Shown here piece after piece: positions 63,264 through 64,000 of a stretch of DNA of 64,000 bases. Each line of letters begins with the position of its first letter. Position 1 is the stretch's first letter. This stretch comes from Pavona decussata (lineage: Eukaryota): positions 806,001-870,000 of the forward strand of contig CDRNST010000141.1 in NCBI GenBank assembly GCA_977016875.1, in the 5' to 3' direction. The notes beneath the pieces were generated by a model. The model worked only from the letters and a program-made list of their open reading frames with translations. It was not told the origin of the DNA and ran no database searches. Made by a program: the position numbers and the translations under genes.

Positions 63264-63509
63264 ATGCCAACTCACGCTGATGATTTGCCCGAACTGTTTT
63301 TAACCAAAACACGCGCGAGATGGCTGCTCGCGAGAAACGCAAATGAGAGTGAACTTTTCAAGAAAACATCTTCCATGATAGATAAAGCAAAATGGAGGGA
63401 AGAGAGGGCCTTTCAGAGAGAGAAAGACGAACTATTACAACGCCAATCACAAACCAAACAGGTGGTGACACCACTGCGTTATGCAAGGTTTGACTCTTCC
63501 AAGAAATAA
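63264..63509 (+). pseudogene. Coiled-coil family member D, inverted orientation, truncated at 81 aa
   Basis: LPELFLTKTRARWLLARNANESELFKKTSSMIDKAKWREERAFQREKDELLQRQ aligns without gaps to B1, B2 and C; early stop, with stops in the downstream frames. Confidence 0.7.
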
Positions 63510-64000
63510 GAAGTATGTGCGGTGAGATAGGAAAACGAGGACGCTGACAAGAATTTCTGAAAGTGTTCGGCCGTGTTCTCAAACCAACGTTGAGGCACGT
63601 GTACAACTTTGCTCTGTCACGTGCAACATTCCTGTCTCCAGTTAAAGTTTGGCACAGAAATGAACCCATTGCTCTTGATACAAGACATACGTTTGTTTTG
63701 TACAAAAATAACCTTTTTGTACACCTTCATCTCATCGCTTTTGGGTTCAGTAGAGCCCATCATCTGGTACTGATACGGGTTGGAGCCGATCCTGTACCCG
63801 CAAAGATTAGAGTTGCCGAAAAAACAGAGTCACTCAAGTCAGGAGTGTACTGGATATCACAACATCACGATGTTTATCAATTTGTTTTGATACATTGTAC
63901 ATATATTTATATCAAATCAAGAATGTTCCTATTGTATTTCTTTGTTTGTTCCCTCCATTCTTCTCTCCTCCCCCACCCCCCCCCCCTTTCCTCTCTTCTT

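Overview
Eukaryotic, AT-rich genomic DNA. The repeat landscape and gene types suggest a cnidarian, probably a stony coral (inference). There is one assembly gap (25628-25930). (1) 1-17 kb is mostly repeats and decay: an AT-rich block with clustered E2F-type motifs, a ~171-bp satellite, a Penelope-like remnant, several MITEs and scattered micro-exons. (2) An intact single-coding-exon gene encodes a 1359-aa NLR-like STAND protein: N-terminal HEPN-like domain, NB-ARC-type NTPase, 15 near-identical 42-aa TPRs and a C-terminal CaaX box. (3) A two-gene cassette is tandemly triplicated (26.7-44 kb). Each unit carries a small secreted precursor (signal peptide, hypervariable Arg-rich segment, furin-type site, conserved tail) that looks like an undescribed cationic host-defence peptide family, plus an intronless coiled-coil/'CRYLR' gene. 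(4) More diverged and decaying paralogs of the coiled-coil/'CRYLR' family run out to 64 kb. The non-coding first exon of the peptide genes is recognisably homologous to a block upstream of the NLR-like gene. An intact type I hammerhead ribozyme lies in a TSD-flanked insertion next to peptide copy 3. All calls come from reading the sequence; no database searches were run.
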